A DNA stretch of 64,000 bases from Macrostomum lignano (GCA_002269645.1 NIVC01002120.1:35922-99921); one strand, 5' to 3'; positions 35,535-48,464 are shown, numbered from the stretch's first letter. The notes: generated from the sequence alone by a model not told the origin. Numbers and translations: made by a program.

Positions 35535-36320
35535 TGGATTTAGCCTGACTGGGAGGGGCTGGGGTGGCTGACTGGGAAGGGCTGGAGTGGCTGACTGAGA
35601 AGGGTTGGGGTGGCTGAATGGGAAGGGTTGGGGTGGCTGAATGGGAAGGGTTGGGGTGGCTGAATGGGAAGGGTTGGGGTGGCTGAATGGGAAGGGTTGG
35701 GGTGGCTGACTGGGAAGGGTTGGGGTGGCTGAATGGGAAGGGTTGGGGTGGCTGAATGGGAAGGGTTGGGGTGGCTGAATGGGAAGGGTTGGGGTGGCTG
35801 ACTGGGAAGGGTTGGGGTGGCTGAATGGGAAGGGTTGGGTGGCTGAATGGGAAGGGTTGGGTGGCTGAATGGGAAGGGTTGGGGTGGCTGAATGGGAAGG
35901 GTTGGGGTGGCTGACTGGGAGGGGTTGGGGTGGCTGAATGGGAAGGGTTGGGGTGGCTGACTGGGAGGGGCTGGGGTGGCTGACTGGGAGGGGCTGGGGT
36001 GGCTGACTGGGAAGGGCTGGAGTGGCTGACTGAGAAGGGTTGGGGTGGCTGAATGGGAAGGGTTGGGGTGGCTGAATGGGAAGGGTTGGGGTGGCTGAAT
36101 GGGAAGGGTTGGGGTGGCTGAATGGGAAGGGTTGGGGTGGCTGAATGGGAAGGGTTGGGGTGGCTGACTGGGAAGGGTTGGGGTGGCTGAATAGGAAGGG
36201 TTGGGTGGCTGAATGGGAAGGGTTGGGGTGGCTGAATGGGAAGGGTTGGGGTGGCTGACTGGGAGGGGTTGGGGTGGCTGACTGGGAGGTGCTGGGGTGG
36301 CTGACAGGGAGGGCTGGGGT
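35535..36320 (+). repeat. 23-bp G-rich minisatellite (ggctgaatgggaagggttggggt), ~34 copies
   Basis: Direct reading; ends ~60 bp before exon 3. Confidence 0.95.
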
Positions 36321-36379
36321 GGTTTGCCAACTGCATCCAAAATACAAGAAGTTGGTGTCTCAAACTGTGCCGCCCGCAG

Positions 36380-36697
36380 GCGAGATTCGAACCCTGGCAC
36401 CCCTAGACCGGGAGCGTCACCCGAGGGGACTCTGGCTAACCGTGGCGGCCTCGGCGGCGGCACCGGCAGCCACTTGCGAGATTCACGTGACCATCTTGGA
36501 CGTTAACGACTGCCGACCCGTGGCCAGCGACCGCGCCCACTACCGCCTGCTGCTAGCGGAGGGCGCCCTGCCAGGAATCGAACTCCTAACCGCCATTCCG
36601 GCCGAGGACTGCGACTCGGATCCGGCCAATGGTCGAGTGAGATTCGAAATTGCGGTCGGAAATGAGGACGGCCACTTTGCCATGGACCCGCTGACTG
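36380..36697 (+). CDS. Fat-like: Fat-like cadherin exon 3 (318 nt, phase 1-1)
   Basis: ccgcag|GEIRTLAPLDRE..DVNDCRP..DCDSDPANG..FAMDPLT|gtgagt. Confidence 0.9.
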
Positions 36698-36719
36698 GTG
36701 AGTGCGGCCGGCTCTGAGC

Positions 36720-37385
36720 TAACCCTGACCCCACACCCTGACCCCACACCCTGACCCCACACCCTGACCCCACACCCTGACCCCACACCCTGACCCCACA
36801 CCCTGACCCCACACCCTGACCCGACACCCTGACCCTATACCCTGACCCTACACCCTGAACCTACACCCTGACCCTACACCTTGACCCCACACCCTGACCC
36901 TACACCCTGACCCTACACCCTGACCCTACACCTTGACCCTACACCTTGACCCCACACCCTGACCCCACACCATGACCCCACACCCTGACCCCACACCCTG
37001 ACCCCACACCCTGACCCTACACCATGACCCCACACCCTGACCCCACACCCTGACCCCACACCCTGACCCCACACCCTGACCCTACACCCTGACCCCACAT
37101 CCTGACCCCACACCCTGACCCCTCACTCTGACCCTACACCCTGACCCCACACCCTGACCCAATACCCTGACCCCACACCATGACACCACACCCTAACCCC
37201 ACACCCTGACCTCACACCCTGACCCACACCCTGACCCCACACCCTGACCCCACACCCTGGCCCCACACCCTGGTCCCACACCCTGGTCCCACACCCTGAC
37301 CCAACACCCTGACCCAACATCCTGACCCCACACCCTGACCCCACACCCTGGCCCCACACCCTGACCCAACACCCTGACCCCACAC
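36720..37385 (+). repeat. 13-bp C-rich minisatellite (tgaccccacaccc), ~50 copies
   Basis: Direct reading; starts ~22 bp after the exon 3 donor. Confidence 0.95.
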
Positions 37386-38096
37386 TGAGCGCAAACTGGC
37401 GCCCAACAGTTGTTCTCCACCAATGTCCTACTTTACTCACTTCAAAGATTTCCCCTCAAAACCCACTTGAAATCCGGTCGAGCTGATCCGGCCGAGCTGA
37501 CCGGTGGAGGGGATGAACCAGCGTTATCCTCTGGAGGGGAACGCAGTACGCCTGACAGGGGTCTGCTGGGAGGGAGATGGGGTGGGGAGCACGCAAGGCG
37601 GCCAGCATCTTTCACGCGCTGTGTAGCGGGGAGTGGATGGGATAAAAAGAGACAAGGCGAGGCTAACGAAGCATTTTTATCCCCTTTGACTTTCGCCAGC
37701 GTTCCGGCTTGTGCAGGGCGGGTAGGGGAGGGAGGGGGAGCACAGAAACCTGCCAAAGCTCAGAGAGGCGAGGAAGCTGGGATAGTGATGCCGAGAGGCG
37801 GGTATCCCATATGAGGAGAATCCGTGGACACCGCGCGAATTCCCGGGGCCAGAGCTGCTCAAATTTATGGCAGATTGCCTGTCAAGAAGGTCTAAGGGGG
37901 GTCCACATTTCTCCGCGATGGCAACTACTGGAGGCGAAATTTTTTGGAGTAAATTCTGTTTCCAACCCTAACGCTATTTTACAGCCTCGCTGCTGAGAGC
38001 GGGACTCATCTTGCACTTTATTGGCCACTGAGTGAGCTGACTTCAGCTGCGTGATACGCTATGAGTTCCGACCTGTCTATTAGTATGGCTATTATG

Positions 38097-38585
38097 GGTG
38101 GCTGTGTTCCTGTACATGCGGTGGCTGTGTTCCTGTACATGCGGTGGCTGTGTTCCTGTACATGCGGTGGCTGTGTTCCTGTACATGCGGTGGCTGTGTT
38201 CCTGTACATGCGGTGGCTGTGTTCCTGTACATGCAGTGGCTGTGTTCCTGTACATGCGGTGGCTGTGTTTTTGTACATGCGGTGGCTGTGTTCCTGTACA
38301 TGCGGTGGCTGTGTTCCTGTACATGAGGTGGCTGTGTTCCTGTACATGCGGTGGCTGTGTTCCTGTACATGCGGTGGCTGTGTTCCTGTACATGCGGTGG
38401 CTGTGTTCTTGTACATCGGGTGGCTGTGTTCCTGTACATGCGGTGGCTGTGTTCCTGTACATGCGGTGGCTGTGTTCCTGTACATGCGGTGGCTGTGTTC
38501 CTGTACATGAGGTGGCTGTGTTCCTGTACATGCGGTGGCTGTGTTCCTGTACATGAGGTGGCTGTGTTCCTGTACATGAGGTGGC
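38097..38585. repeat. 23-bp minisatellite (gtggctgtgttcctgtacatgcg), ~21 copies
   Basis: Direct reading. Confidence 0.95.
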
Positions 38586-38671
38586 AGTCCCCTATTCCCA
38601 ATCCTATTTCACCCCAATTCTTAACAAAGTTCTCAGCAGTCTATAGCGAACCTCAAACCAACACCCTGCAG

Positions 38672-38896
38672 GACGCCTGACCACAACCAATGTGACCATC
38701 GACCGAGAAGCATCTGACCGATTCGAGCTGGTGGTGTCCCTGACAGACCAGGGCAGCCCGGCCCTGACCAGTCCCGTACTCATCGAGATCCAGGTGCTCG
38801 ACATCAACGACTCGCCACCCAGCTTCCTGGAGCGCCAGTTCAGCTTCGCCGCGTTCGACGGGGCGCCGGACGATTGGGAGAACCTTCCCGACGGAT
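38672..38896 (+). CDS. Fat-like: Fat-like cadherin exon 4
   Basis: ctgcag|GRLTTTNVTIDREASDRFEL..DQGSP..DINDSPP; donor gtgagc at 38897, phase 1. Confidence 0.85.
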
Positions 38897-39480
38897 GTGA
38901 GCAGCTGATGGGATCTGACAGGCGGGGATTCGGTTGCTGAGCTTAAAAAACGCACAAAAAATTCATGCTGAAAACTGAGAACTCCGCCCCCGCGCCGCGG
39001 CAAGGCGTGACTGACCTACCTGAACTTTAAAATCCAACCCGGATTGTGAGAAGGGTCGATTTTTTTGTCTAATGAGCCGCTCGAAGCGGGCGCGGATAAT
39101 TAATTGTATTCCGGCAGGGCGCCTCAGCCCCAGCGCTGGTCTCCATTTTCACTGAGTCCAATCCGTCCCGGGTGAGCACTGAGCAGCCGGCAGGAAAGCC
39201 GATGCCCTGCCCCGCTCTTCTGCTCCTCTAGCCGGCCTTCCGTGACGGATTCTCATTGTCAAGTCGGGCTTTGGTTGGACTTGCTTGGGTAGTTAGTTCA
39301 TCCGAGGGCGTCCGCGTGAGTTTAATTCAAATCGTCAACAAAGGCAGTATTGTGCAATAATGGACTTTAGACTTAAGAGTCTGTTAAGGTACATTTTATA
39401 ATTTTATGCAGCATTAAGAAAATGTCACTATATTTTTTTATCGTTTTTGAATTGCTGCTGTGACTCAATATTTAGCTAAG

Positions 39481-40060
39481 CCTGCCTGACACAGTAGATT
39501 AATAGCCTGAATGTACATGTAGGCTATTAGACTATCAAGCGTACATTCCTTATCTTTGGGCGGGGCTTTACTGTCCCAAACACCAGCCCAACCCAATCGA
39601 TAACTAGCAAATTTAATTGTATGTACATTGCGGGCGTCCCTCTTACCCCCATCCCACCCCATTCCTCTGTTCTTCTAAGCTGGTAGAACGAGCAGCAGAT
39701 CGACAAAATTAAGAGACCTTAACCCCTTCTAAATATCAGATAGACTATTAGCTAATAGGCAGGAATTTACTAATCCTGCCTGACATTTGTAGTATATTAA
39801 TAGCCTGAAAGTACACGTAGGCTATATATCAAGTGTACATTCCTTATCTTTTGGGCGGGGCTTTTCTGCCCCACCCAACCCCAAACACAGCCCCAACCCA
39901 ATCGATAGCTAGCGTTAATTTACTTGTATGTACATTGCGGGCGTCCCTCTTACCCCCACCCCACCCCCACCCCATTCCTCTGTTCTTCTAAGCTAGCCTC
40001 TGGTAAAACGAGAAGATCGACAAAATTAAAAGACTTAACCCCTTCTAAATATCAGATAGA
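39481..40060. repeat. Diverged ~280-bp tandem duplication
   Basis: cctgcctgaca...ccccttctaaatatcagatagac at ~39481-39746 and ~39776-40060. Confidence 0.85.
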
Positions 40061-40492
40061 CGTGTTTAATTTGTTTAGCTGCCAGCATTATTGTTACATT
40101 GCGATCAACTAAAGTACACTTTCAATCCGTTCAGTTCAAACTTCAGAAATTTTATGTGCTGTGTATCCATCTCTGGAATTTAAATCCTTGTTAGTTGTTT
40201 ATGTCGTATCGAAAGAGGGGCTCATGCATGACCGTCTCTGTGATTTAAAAACCCCATTTGATTGCTAAGCCTATTCCGAGTAATTTCAGAATACCAAGTG
40301 CCCCTACTCCTATCCTATACGCTGTAAAACAGGATATTTTACGTCGTAGCTTCAAAGATCAAGGATGCTGAGTGTTTTGAGCGTAACAATCTTGATCACC
40401 AACCGGTTGATGAAGTTTCGGGCTAGCTGTTGCTGGGTGCCTTTACTATATCTGTACATGTAGTTCTACCGTCCCCCGGCCAGACCCCACAG

Positions 40493-40984
40493 CGCCGGCC
40501 AGCTCCAGTGTCCGACAGTCATCTGCGTCTCCACCAGCGATTCCCCTGGGCCGCCTGGCCGCAGCCGATCCCGACTCGGACCCGGACAACTCCGCCATCG
40601 CCTTCTCGCTGGTCGACGGCGGCGAGGATTCGGCAACTGCCAGTCTCGGCTTGGACCGGGGCACCGGCCAGCTGTGGCTGCGGCCGCGGACCTCGGCGCG
40701 CTGGCAGCGGACGGCCATCATCAGAGCACTGGCCATCGCGGTGGATCCCGGCCGTCCGGAGTACTCGGCCAGCGCCAACGTTCAGGTCACCCTGCTCCGG
40801 GCCGACGACAGCCTTCAGCAGATGCCGTCGAAGCCTGACGGCCACGAAATGATCGACCTTGGCGTGCCGGAGGGCGTGGTGTTTCCGCTGCCTGAGGACG
40901 CGCTGCCGGGGTCCGCCGTGCCCGGGGCCATCGCGGTGCCCGCCGCCGGCTGGCCGGCCGTCGCTGTGCTGCTCAGACTGACTG
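40493..40984 (+). CDS. Fat-like: Fat-like cadherin exon 5 (acceptor may instead be 40484)
   Basis: PLGRLAAADPDSDPDNSAIAFSL..LDRGTGQLWL..VDPGRP; phase-compatible acceptor ccccacag|; donor gtagga at 40985. Confidence 0.75.
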
Positions 40985-41144
40985 GTAGGATGGGGCTCTT
41001 GGGGGGAAGCTGGACTAAAGATCTGGGATGGGGATCAGGGAACAGAAGCTGATTCGATGGAGATGAGAGGCTGGTTAGATGAGGATCATGGGGAGCAGAA
41101 GGGATCAGGTGCTTTAGAGCCGATTAAAAAATCCTCACTTTCAG

Positions 41145-41281
41145 GCGCCGGCAGCGAAGATTTCTACCTGCCCCAGCTCGGAGGCCGCCTGACCGTTGCT
41201 AGGCGGCTGAACTGCAGCCGGCGGAGCCGCTACCGCCTGCGGCTGGTCGGCTTTGACGGGCTGCGGGTGGCCAGCAGGACG
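41145..41281 (+). CDS. Fat-like: Fat-like cadherin exon 6
   Basis: tttcag|GAGSEDFYLPQLGGRLTVARRLNCSRRSRYRLRLVGFDGLRVASRT|gtgagg. Confidence 0.8.
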
Positions 41282-41285
41282 GTGA

Positions 41286-41750
41286 GGATGAGGCTTGGAG
41301 CTGATGCTGAGGCTGAGGCTCCGAATGGATGAGGCTTGGAGCTGATGCTGAGGCTCTGAATGGATGAGGCTTGGAGCTGATGCTGAGGCTCTGAATGGAT
41401 GAGGCTTGGAGCTGATGCTGAGGCTCTGAATGGATGAGGCTTGGAGCTGATGCTAAGGCTCTGAATAGATGAGGCTTGGAGCTGATGATGAGGCTCTGAA
41501 TGGATGAGGCTTGGGGCTGATGCTGAGGCTCTGAATGGATGAGGCTGGTATTCAATGATGAGGCTCTGAATGGATGAGGCTGGTATTCAATGATGAGGCT
41601 CTGAATGGATGTGGGTAGAGGCTGGTATTCAATGATGAGGCTCTGAATGGATGTGGGTAGAGGCTGGTATTCAATGATGAGGCTCTGAATGGATGTGGGT
41701 AGAGGCTGGTATTCAATGATGAGGCTCTGAATGGATGTGGGTAGAGGCTA
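41286..41750. repeat. 35-bp (later ~42-bp) minisatellite filling Fat intron 6
   Basis: gatgaggcttggagctgatgctgaggctctgaatg repeats from about intron position +5. Confidence 0.92.
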
Positions 41751-41788
41751 GGAGCAGCTGATTGCCGCATTCCAACGTAACCCCACAG

Positions 41789-42347
41789 CTTGAGGTCTCG
41801 CTGCAGCCGGGCCGAGGCCGCAGCCCGCAGTTCTCGCTGCCGAAGTACGAACTGGAAGTGTCCGAGGCGGCTCCCGTGGACGGCGCGGACCTCCTGACCG
41901 TGTCGGCGGTGGACCCGGACCCGGCGCCGCTACTGCAGCCGGAGTCGCAGCTGTTCCAGCCTCTGCCTCTGCAGTTCTCCATCTACTCGGCTGAGCAGTC
42001 GGCCAGCCTCCGCTTGTTCTCCATCAACCCGCTGACTGGCGCCGTGTCGCTGGCGGCCTCGGCCGACGGTCTGGACTTCGAGACCTCCAGCCGGCACCGA
42101 TTACTGCTGCGTGTCGCGGCGCCTCGGTACGGTGCGCCTGGCCGTCGGCGCGCCGGCTTCGCCTGGCTGACCGTCCGAGTTCTCGACGCCAACGAGGCGG
42201 CGCCGGCGCTGGCGGCCTCCGTCGGATTGGCGGAGCTGCGGGCTGGCGCCGAGGCAGGCCGTCCGCTGGGCCGGCTGCGCGGATTCGATTCCGATGCTGC
42301 GGGCGAGGTCGAGGGCGATGGCGAGCTGGTGTACGACATCCAGTCAG
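41789..42347 (+). CDS. Fat-like: Fat-like cadherin exon 7
   Basis: ccccacag|LEVSL..PQFSLPKYELEVSE..FSINPLTGAV..LDFE..VLDANE..YDIQS|gtgaga. Confidence 0.88.
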
Positions 42348-43555
42348 GTGAGACTGAGAGTCAGGTGAGACTGAGAGTCAGGTGAGACTGAGAGTCAGGT
42401 GAGACTGAGAGTTAGGTGAGACTGAGAGTCAGGTGAGACTGAGAGAGTCAGGTGAGACCGAGAGTCAGGTGAGACTGAGAGTTAGGTGAGACTGAGAGTC
42501 AGGTGAGACTGAGAGAGTCAGGTAAGACCGAGAGTCAGGTTAGACTGGGAGAGTCAAGTTGAGACTGAGAGAGTCAAGTGAGACTAAGAGAGTCAAGTTG
42601 AGACTGAGAGAGTCAAGTGAGACTAAGAGAGTCAAGTTGAGACTGAGAGAGTCAAGTTGAGACTGGAAGAGTCAGGTGAGACTGAGAGAGTCAAGTGAGA
42701 CCGAGAGTCAGGTGAGACTGAGAGTCAGGTGAGACTGAGAGTCAGGTGAGACTGAGAGTCAGGTGAGACTGAGAGTCAGGTGAGACTGAGGGAGTCAAAG
42801 TTGAGACTGGAAGAGTCAGGTGAGACTGAGAGAGTCAGGTGAGACTGAGAGAGTCAGGTGAGACTGAGGGAGTCAGGTGAGACCGAGAGTCAGGTGAGAC
42901 CGAGAGTCAGGTGAGACTGAGAGTCAGGTGAGACTGAGAGTTAGGTGAGACTGAGAGTCAGGTGAGACTGAGGGAGTCAAAGTTGAGACTGAAAGAGTCA
43001 GGTGAGACTGAGAGAGTCAGGTGAGACCGAGAGTCAGGTGAGACTGGGAGAGTCAAGTTGAGACTGAGAGAGAGAGTCAAGTTGAGACTGAGAGAGTCAA
43101 GTGAGACTAAGAGAGTCAGGTGAGACTGAGAGAGTCAAGTTGAGACTGGGAGAGTCAGGTGAGACTGAGAGAGTCAGGTGGGACCGAGAGTCAGGTGAGA
43201 CTGAGAGAGTCAGGTGGGACCGAGAGTCAGGTGAGACCGAGAGTCAGGTGAGACCGAGAGTCAGGTGAGATCGAGAGTCAGGTGAGACCGAGAGTCAGGT
43301 GAGACTGAGAGTCAGGTGAGACTGAGGGAGTCAAAGTTTTGACTGGGAAAGTCAGGTGAGGCTGAAAGAGTCAGGTGAGACTGGGAGAATTTAGTTGAGA
43401 CTGAAAGAGTCAGGTGAGACCAAGAGAGTCAGGTGAGACTGGGAGAATTAAGTTGAGACTGAAAGAGTCAGGTGAGACCAAGAGAGTCAGGTGGGACTGG
43501 GAGAATTAAGTTGAGGCTGAAAGAGTCAGGTGAGACCAAGAGAGTCAGGTGGGAT
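42343..43555 (+). repeat. 17-19-bp minisatellite (agtcaggtgagactgag), ~65 copies
   Basis: Unit equals the last 6 exon-7 bases plus the donor gtgaga. Confidence 0.97.
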
Positions 43556-44211
43556 TACAAGCAGCTTCATAATGTTCTTTTAAAGAATCAAAACTGTGGT
43601 CAATATGGTTAATTAGTGAGATTCCAGGAATACTTGCCAGACAGGCACTTTAGGTATGCGGTGGTCCCGCCAATAAACCTATCAGACACCGCCAACTAAC
43701 AAGGCGCAGGTACAGCAAATTCATAAATTAGCCTAATTTCCTAAGTCTGTTATCAGCGGCTACAGCAGGCGTTTGCACTCTTGGCATCGAAAGGGCGCAG
43801 TCGATATTGGAGTGGGCAGCCGTAGAGTTCCCATGTCTGGATTGCAACTCCCCATTGACAGGCAGCACGGGAATTCCCTTTCCCATGAACCGGCAGTGTA
43901 GGAAGGCACTGGTGCCCAGACTGCAGACTGCAAGTGCAGACGGTTCGGGGGCGGCAGATCGAACAAGAATCCCAAGATCACTCTGGGCGATACGGGCGAC
44001 GGCACAGCAATTAGCCCCCGGAGCTAAAACTGGCTTCCCCTTTTTGTGGAAGTGAAAAATCTTGCTTACCTTTATTGTCTCTCCGCTGGGTGGCTTTGCT
44101 TTGCGTTTTTGTCTGGCGCTTGGACTTCTTGCGGCGCCTGTCGCAACCCCTTCGACTTCATAAATGCGTCACTCCATAAATACCTCTTCTGCTTTTGCTC
44201 CGCCCATCAAA

Positions 44212-44935
44212 CTGGCAGGAACAGGAACAGAACAGGAACAGAACAGGAACAGAACAGGAACAGAACAGGAACAAAACAGGAACAGAACAGGAACAGCAGG
44301 AACAGGACAGGAACAGAACAGGAACAGAACAGGAACAGAACAGGAACAGCAGGAACAGGACAGGAACAGAACAGGAACAGAACAGGAACAGAACAGGAAC
44401 AAAACAGGAACAGAACAGGAACAGCAGGAACAGGACAGGAACAGAACAGGAACAGAATAGGAACAGGACAGGAACAGAACAGGAACAGGACAGGAACAAA
44501 ACAGGACAGGAACAAAACAGGAACAGAACAGGAACAGAACAGGAACAAGACAGGAACAGAACAGGAACAAAACAGGAACAAAACAGGAACAGAACAGGAA
44601 CAGAACAGGAACAAGACAGGAACAGAACAGGAACAACAGGAACAAGGCAGGAACAGAACAGGAACAGAACAGGAACAAGACAGGAACAGAACAGGAACAA
44701 CAGGAACAAGGCAGGAACAGAACAGGAACAGAACAGGAACAAGGCAGGAACAGAACAGGAACAAGACAGGAACAACAGGAACAGAACAGGAGCAGAACAG
44801 GAATAAGGCAGGAACAGAACAGGAACAACAGGAATAAGGCAGGAACAGAACAGGAACAGAACAGGAACAGAACAGGAACAAGACAGGAACAGAACAGGAA
44901 CAACAGGAACAAGGCAGGAATAGGACAGGAATAGA
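44212..44935. repeat. Purine-rich acaggaacaga simple repeat
   Basis: Direct reading; source of Q/N/R and C/S/L spurious ORFs. Confidence 0.95.
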
Positions 44936-45234
44936 AAAGGTGCAGAAACTCACAAAACATCTTTGCAGTCATCAAATCACCAATCTTCTTAAATGCCTGT
45001 TAACTGAGTCCTGACTGCGGCTTCCACAAAAGCAGAAATTATTTTCATAGCAAACAGAGAAGCCTCTGGGAATCAGCGCTGCTTTGTGGTTGCAGCAGCA
45101 TCCCATGGTAGAACGCTGGCTGGAAAGGAAATGACAACATTGATGTTAGCAAAATAAACCTAACGAGGGGAAACGAGATGGGACATGGGGCAGGAAATAA
45201 GATAGGAATGAGACGTGGAATGTGATGGAAAATG

Positions 45235-45465
45235 AGTTGGGGAATGAGATGGGGAATGAGAGGGGGAATGAGATGGAGAATGAGAGCGGGAATGAGGGGG
45301 AATGAGATGGGGAATGAGAGGGGGAATGAGAGGGGAATGAGATGGGGAATGAGATGGGGAATGAGAGGGGGAATGAGATGGGGAATGAGATGGGGAATGA
45401 GAGGGGGAATGAGAGGAGAAATGAGAGGGGGAATGAGGGGGGAATGAGAGGAGAAATGAGAGGGA
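45235..45465. repeat. 12-bp gggaatgagatg-type repeat
   Basis: Direct reading. Confidence 0.9.
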
Positions 45466-46049
45466 GGATACGAGGATACGAGCGGTCACCTGCACTCACT
45501 CGAGCCGAAGTCTTGAGAGCCATCAAATAATTATTATTCCACTCTCAGCCCGGCGCTGCAGGTCACGTGGCGCAGGCAAGTGCGGATTTTTACCCCCCCC
45601 CCAGCAAGCCGGCTCGGGGGATCGAACTCAGCCAGCAATTTGGGAATCCCTGCCGGCCCTCAGTATGAAGAAATGTAGCGAAGATGCCACACTGGGCACT
45701 TCTGCCTTCCAGCTCTCTCCCGTAAAAGGATTATGCTAATCCGAGCCGGACTGAGCCGGGACTGATCCCCCGCGGGCTGTCCGGCTCCAGGGACTCGCGG
45801 CAGGCTGGGAGTTCCCCTGTTGAACACCGGTGCCTCGGCGCCGCCGCCCGCAGTACTTTTCTTTTAGTTTTTCTGCGTCATACGGCCTTGAAGTGCCCCG
45901 CTAATTGCAAGGGGGTTTCTGAGCTCACTGAGTACAGACTGGGCATCCGGGGAGACTCTCGGTTGAGTTTAAAAACCAGATGGGGATTTCAGTTTTTTAG
46001 TTCCCTATAGATCCCAGGAAAACGAATTATAGAATGAGATTCAGGGCGA

Positions 46050-46325
46050 TGGGATTCGAGCTTCACTGAGGTGGGATTCGAGCTTCAGTGAGGTGGGATT
46101 TGAGCTTCAGTGAGGTGGGATTCGAGCTTCAGGGCGGAGGGATTCGAGCTTCACTGAGGTGGGATTCGAGCTTCAGTGAGATGGGATTCGAGCTTCAGTG
46201 AGGTGGGATTCGAGCTTCAGTGAGGTGGGATTCGAGCTTCAGTGAGGTGGGATTCGAGCTTCAGGAATGTGAGACTCGAGCTTCAGGGCGATGGGACTCG
46301 AGCTTCAGGGCGATGGGAGCTTCAG
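46050..46325. repeat. 22-bp minisatellite (gggattcgagcttcagtgaggt), ~12 copies
   Basis: Direct reading. Confidence 0.92.
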
Positions 46326-46382
46326 GAAAGGAACCCAGCTTCTGAGAGAAGGATTATTAGTGAACCCCCTACTAACTGGCAG

Positions 46383-48398
46383 GCAACCAGCTTGGACTCT
46401 TCGCCATCGACCCGCTGACCGGCCGCATCCGCGCTGCTCTACCGGTCAACCCAGCCGCGGTCTCGACCGTGCCCCACCGCCTTACTGTTACCGTCTCGGA
46501 CGGTGGCCGGCCGCCTCTGACCGCCAGCTACCCGCTGACCATCGCCGCAGCGCCGTCGCCACCGTTGCCGACTGAGGAGTCACCGCCATGGAGCTCGCAG
46601 CCGCCGCTGACGGTGTCGCCCCGGTCCGCCCTGGTTGCCGTCTCGGAGGCCGCCGATCAGCTGCGCGCTTTTCTAACCATTGTTGACGTCACCGGAGCTC
46701 CGCCCGGACATCCGATCGGTCTCAGCGTGTCCGAGCTGGCCGGCCCGGCCACCCCCGCCTCCGCCGCGCTGTTCATCTCCGCTGCGACCGGCGCTCCGGA
46801 CCGCGAGGCTGCGGGCGGCGACCTGCGGCGGCTGCGCGTCACGGCGCGCGACCTCTGGACCGGCCGGACCGGCGCCGCCGACCTCTCCGTCCTCATCGAA
46901 GATGCCAACGACAACCGTCCCGAGTTCGAGTCCACTGCCGGCCGGCTGTCCGGCAAATTGTCCAGCAGCAGCAGCCTTGTCCTCGATGCGTCCGGGCGGG
47001 CGCCGCTGCGGGTGCGCGCCACGGACGGGGATCTTGGCGCCAACGCAATGGTGACCTACGAGATCCCGGAGGTGCAGGCGGCGCGCATCTTTGCTGTCGA
47101 CCCCGACGTCGGCGTCTTGCGCCTCCGACCGCAGAGTCTGCAGGCGTCGCAGCTGATGCCGCGGGTCTTCGACTTCCGCGTGTTCGCCCGCGACCGCGGC
47201 AGCCCGACGTCGCTGCGCAGCCTCCGACATCTCAGCGTTCGAGTCGAACTCGACGGCCCGCCGCCACAGTCTCCGAACTTCATCCAAGTCTGGCCCTCGG
47301 CCAACCTGAGGCTCGAACTTCCGACCTACCCGGGAATGCGGCTGGCGCGCCTGCTGGGAGCGGCGCGGTCCGCCGTCCGCCTCGCCGATGAGTCGGGCGC
47401 TGCCGTCAGCTTCGTGCAGCTCGACCCCGACACCGGCTGGCTGACTGCGGCACTGGAGACCCCGACGGCACCGCTGACCCCTGGACGGCGCAACCTGACG
47501 CTGATGACATCATCCGGTGGCCGCCGCGGCCGGAGTCTTGGCAACATCAGCGTCTCAGTTGTCGCAGCCACCGAGGCCGCAATCTTAACGTTGCGCCCGG
47601 AAGGCCTGGCGGTCACCATCCAGGAGGAGACCACGGCGCCGCGGCTTGTTGACTTTCGAGCTCGGCCAAGGCCGATCGGACAGCCGGTCGGTTACAGCCT
47701 GGCCGGGCCGGGCGCCATCCACACCGGACATTTCGCCGTGCACCCGACCACCGGCCGACTGTCCGCGACATCCGGCATCGACGCTGACGGCTTGCGCGGC
47801 GCCCACGGCGGCCCGGACCGGCGACTCGCCGTCAACATCCGCGTGGACGGCCTCGGCCGGCGCGTCGGCCGCGGTGTCGTGTTTGTCGACGTGTCCGACA
47901 TCAACGACAATTCGCCCCGGCTGCTTGGGCAGCCGTACGGTGCCATCCTGCGCCCGGCGGCCGCCGTCCCCGGCCGGCACCTCCTGACGTTGCGGGCCCT
48001 GGACGCCGACTCTGGCATGTTCGGTGACGTCACCTACCAGCTGGACGCTTCGGTGACCTCGCCGGAGTTCCGCGACGCTTTCGTGCTGAACGCCAGCCAC
48101 GGCGGCCTCAGCCTGCGGCGCGCCCTGCCGTCCGGCGCCGTCGCCCTCGTTGGCGTTCGAGCCGCTGACGGCGGAGGCCGCTCGGTTGGGGCGGTGGCGC
48201 GGGTGGCGGTGCTGCTGGCCGGCCAGCCGATCTTTCGGCCGGAGTTCCGCGCCGTCGCGGCCCCCGAATCGCTCTCGATTGGTGCCCTGGTGGCCCTCGT
48301 GTCAGCGGAGGTCGGCGAAGGCGGCGGCGAGTTCGGGCTGGTGTACGAGATCGAGTCTGGCGATGGAGACGGCCTGTTCTGGCTGGACTTTGGCCTGG
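46383..48398 (+). CDS. Fat-like: Fat-like cadherin exon 8
   Basis: ggcag|GNQLGLFAIDPLTGRI..DANDNRPEF..DGDLGAN..DINDNSP..DADSG..LFWLDFGL|gtgagc; frame open throughout. Confidence 0.9.
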
Positions 48399-48464
48399 GT
48401 GAGCGGCGCTTTAGGCTGATGGGGGACAGAAATTTTTGTTTTTTGGGGTGAATTCCGCACAGTT

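Noticed and set aside
46370-46376. Perfect TACTAAC just before the exon 8 acceptor
   Set aside because: Branch A would be only ~6 nt from the AG, too close for normal use; single instance.
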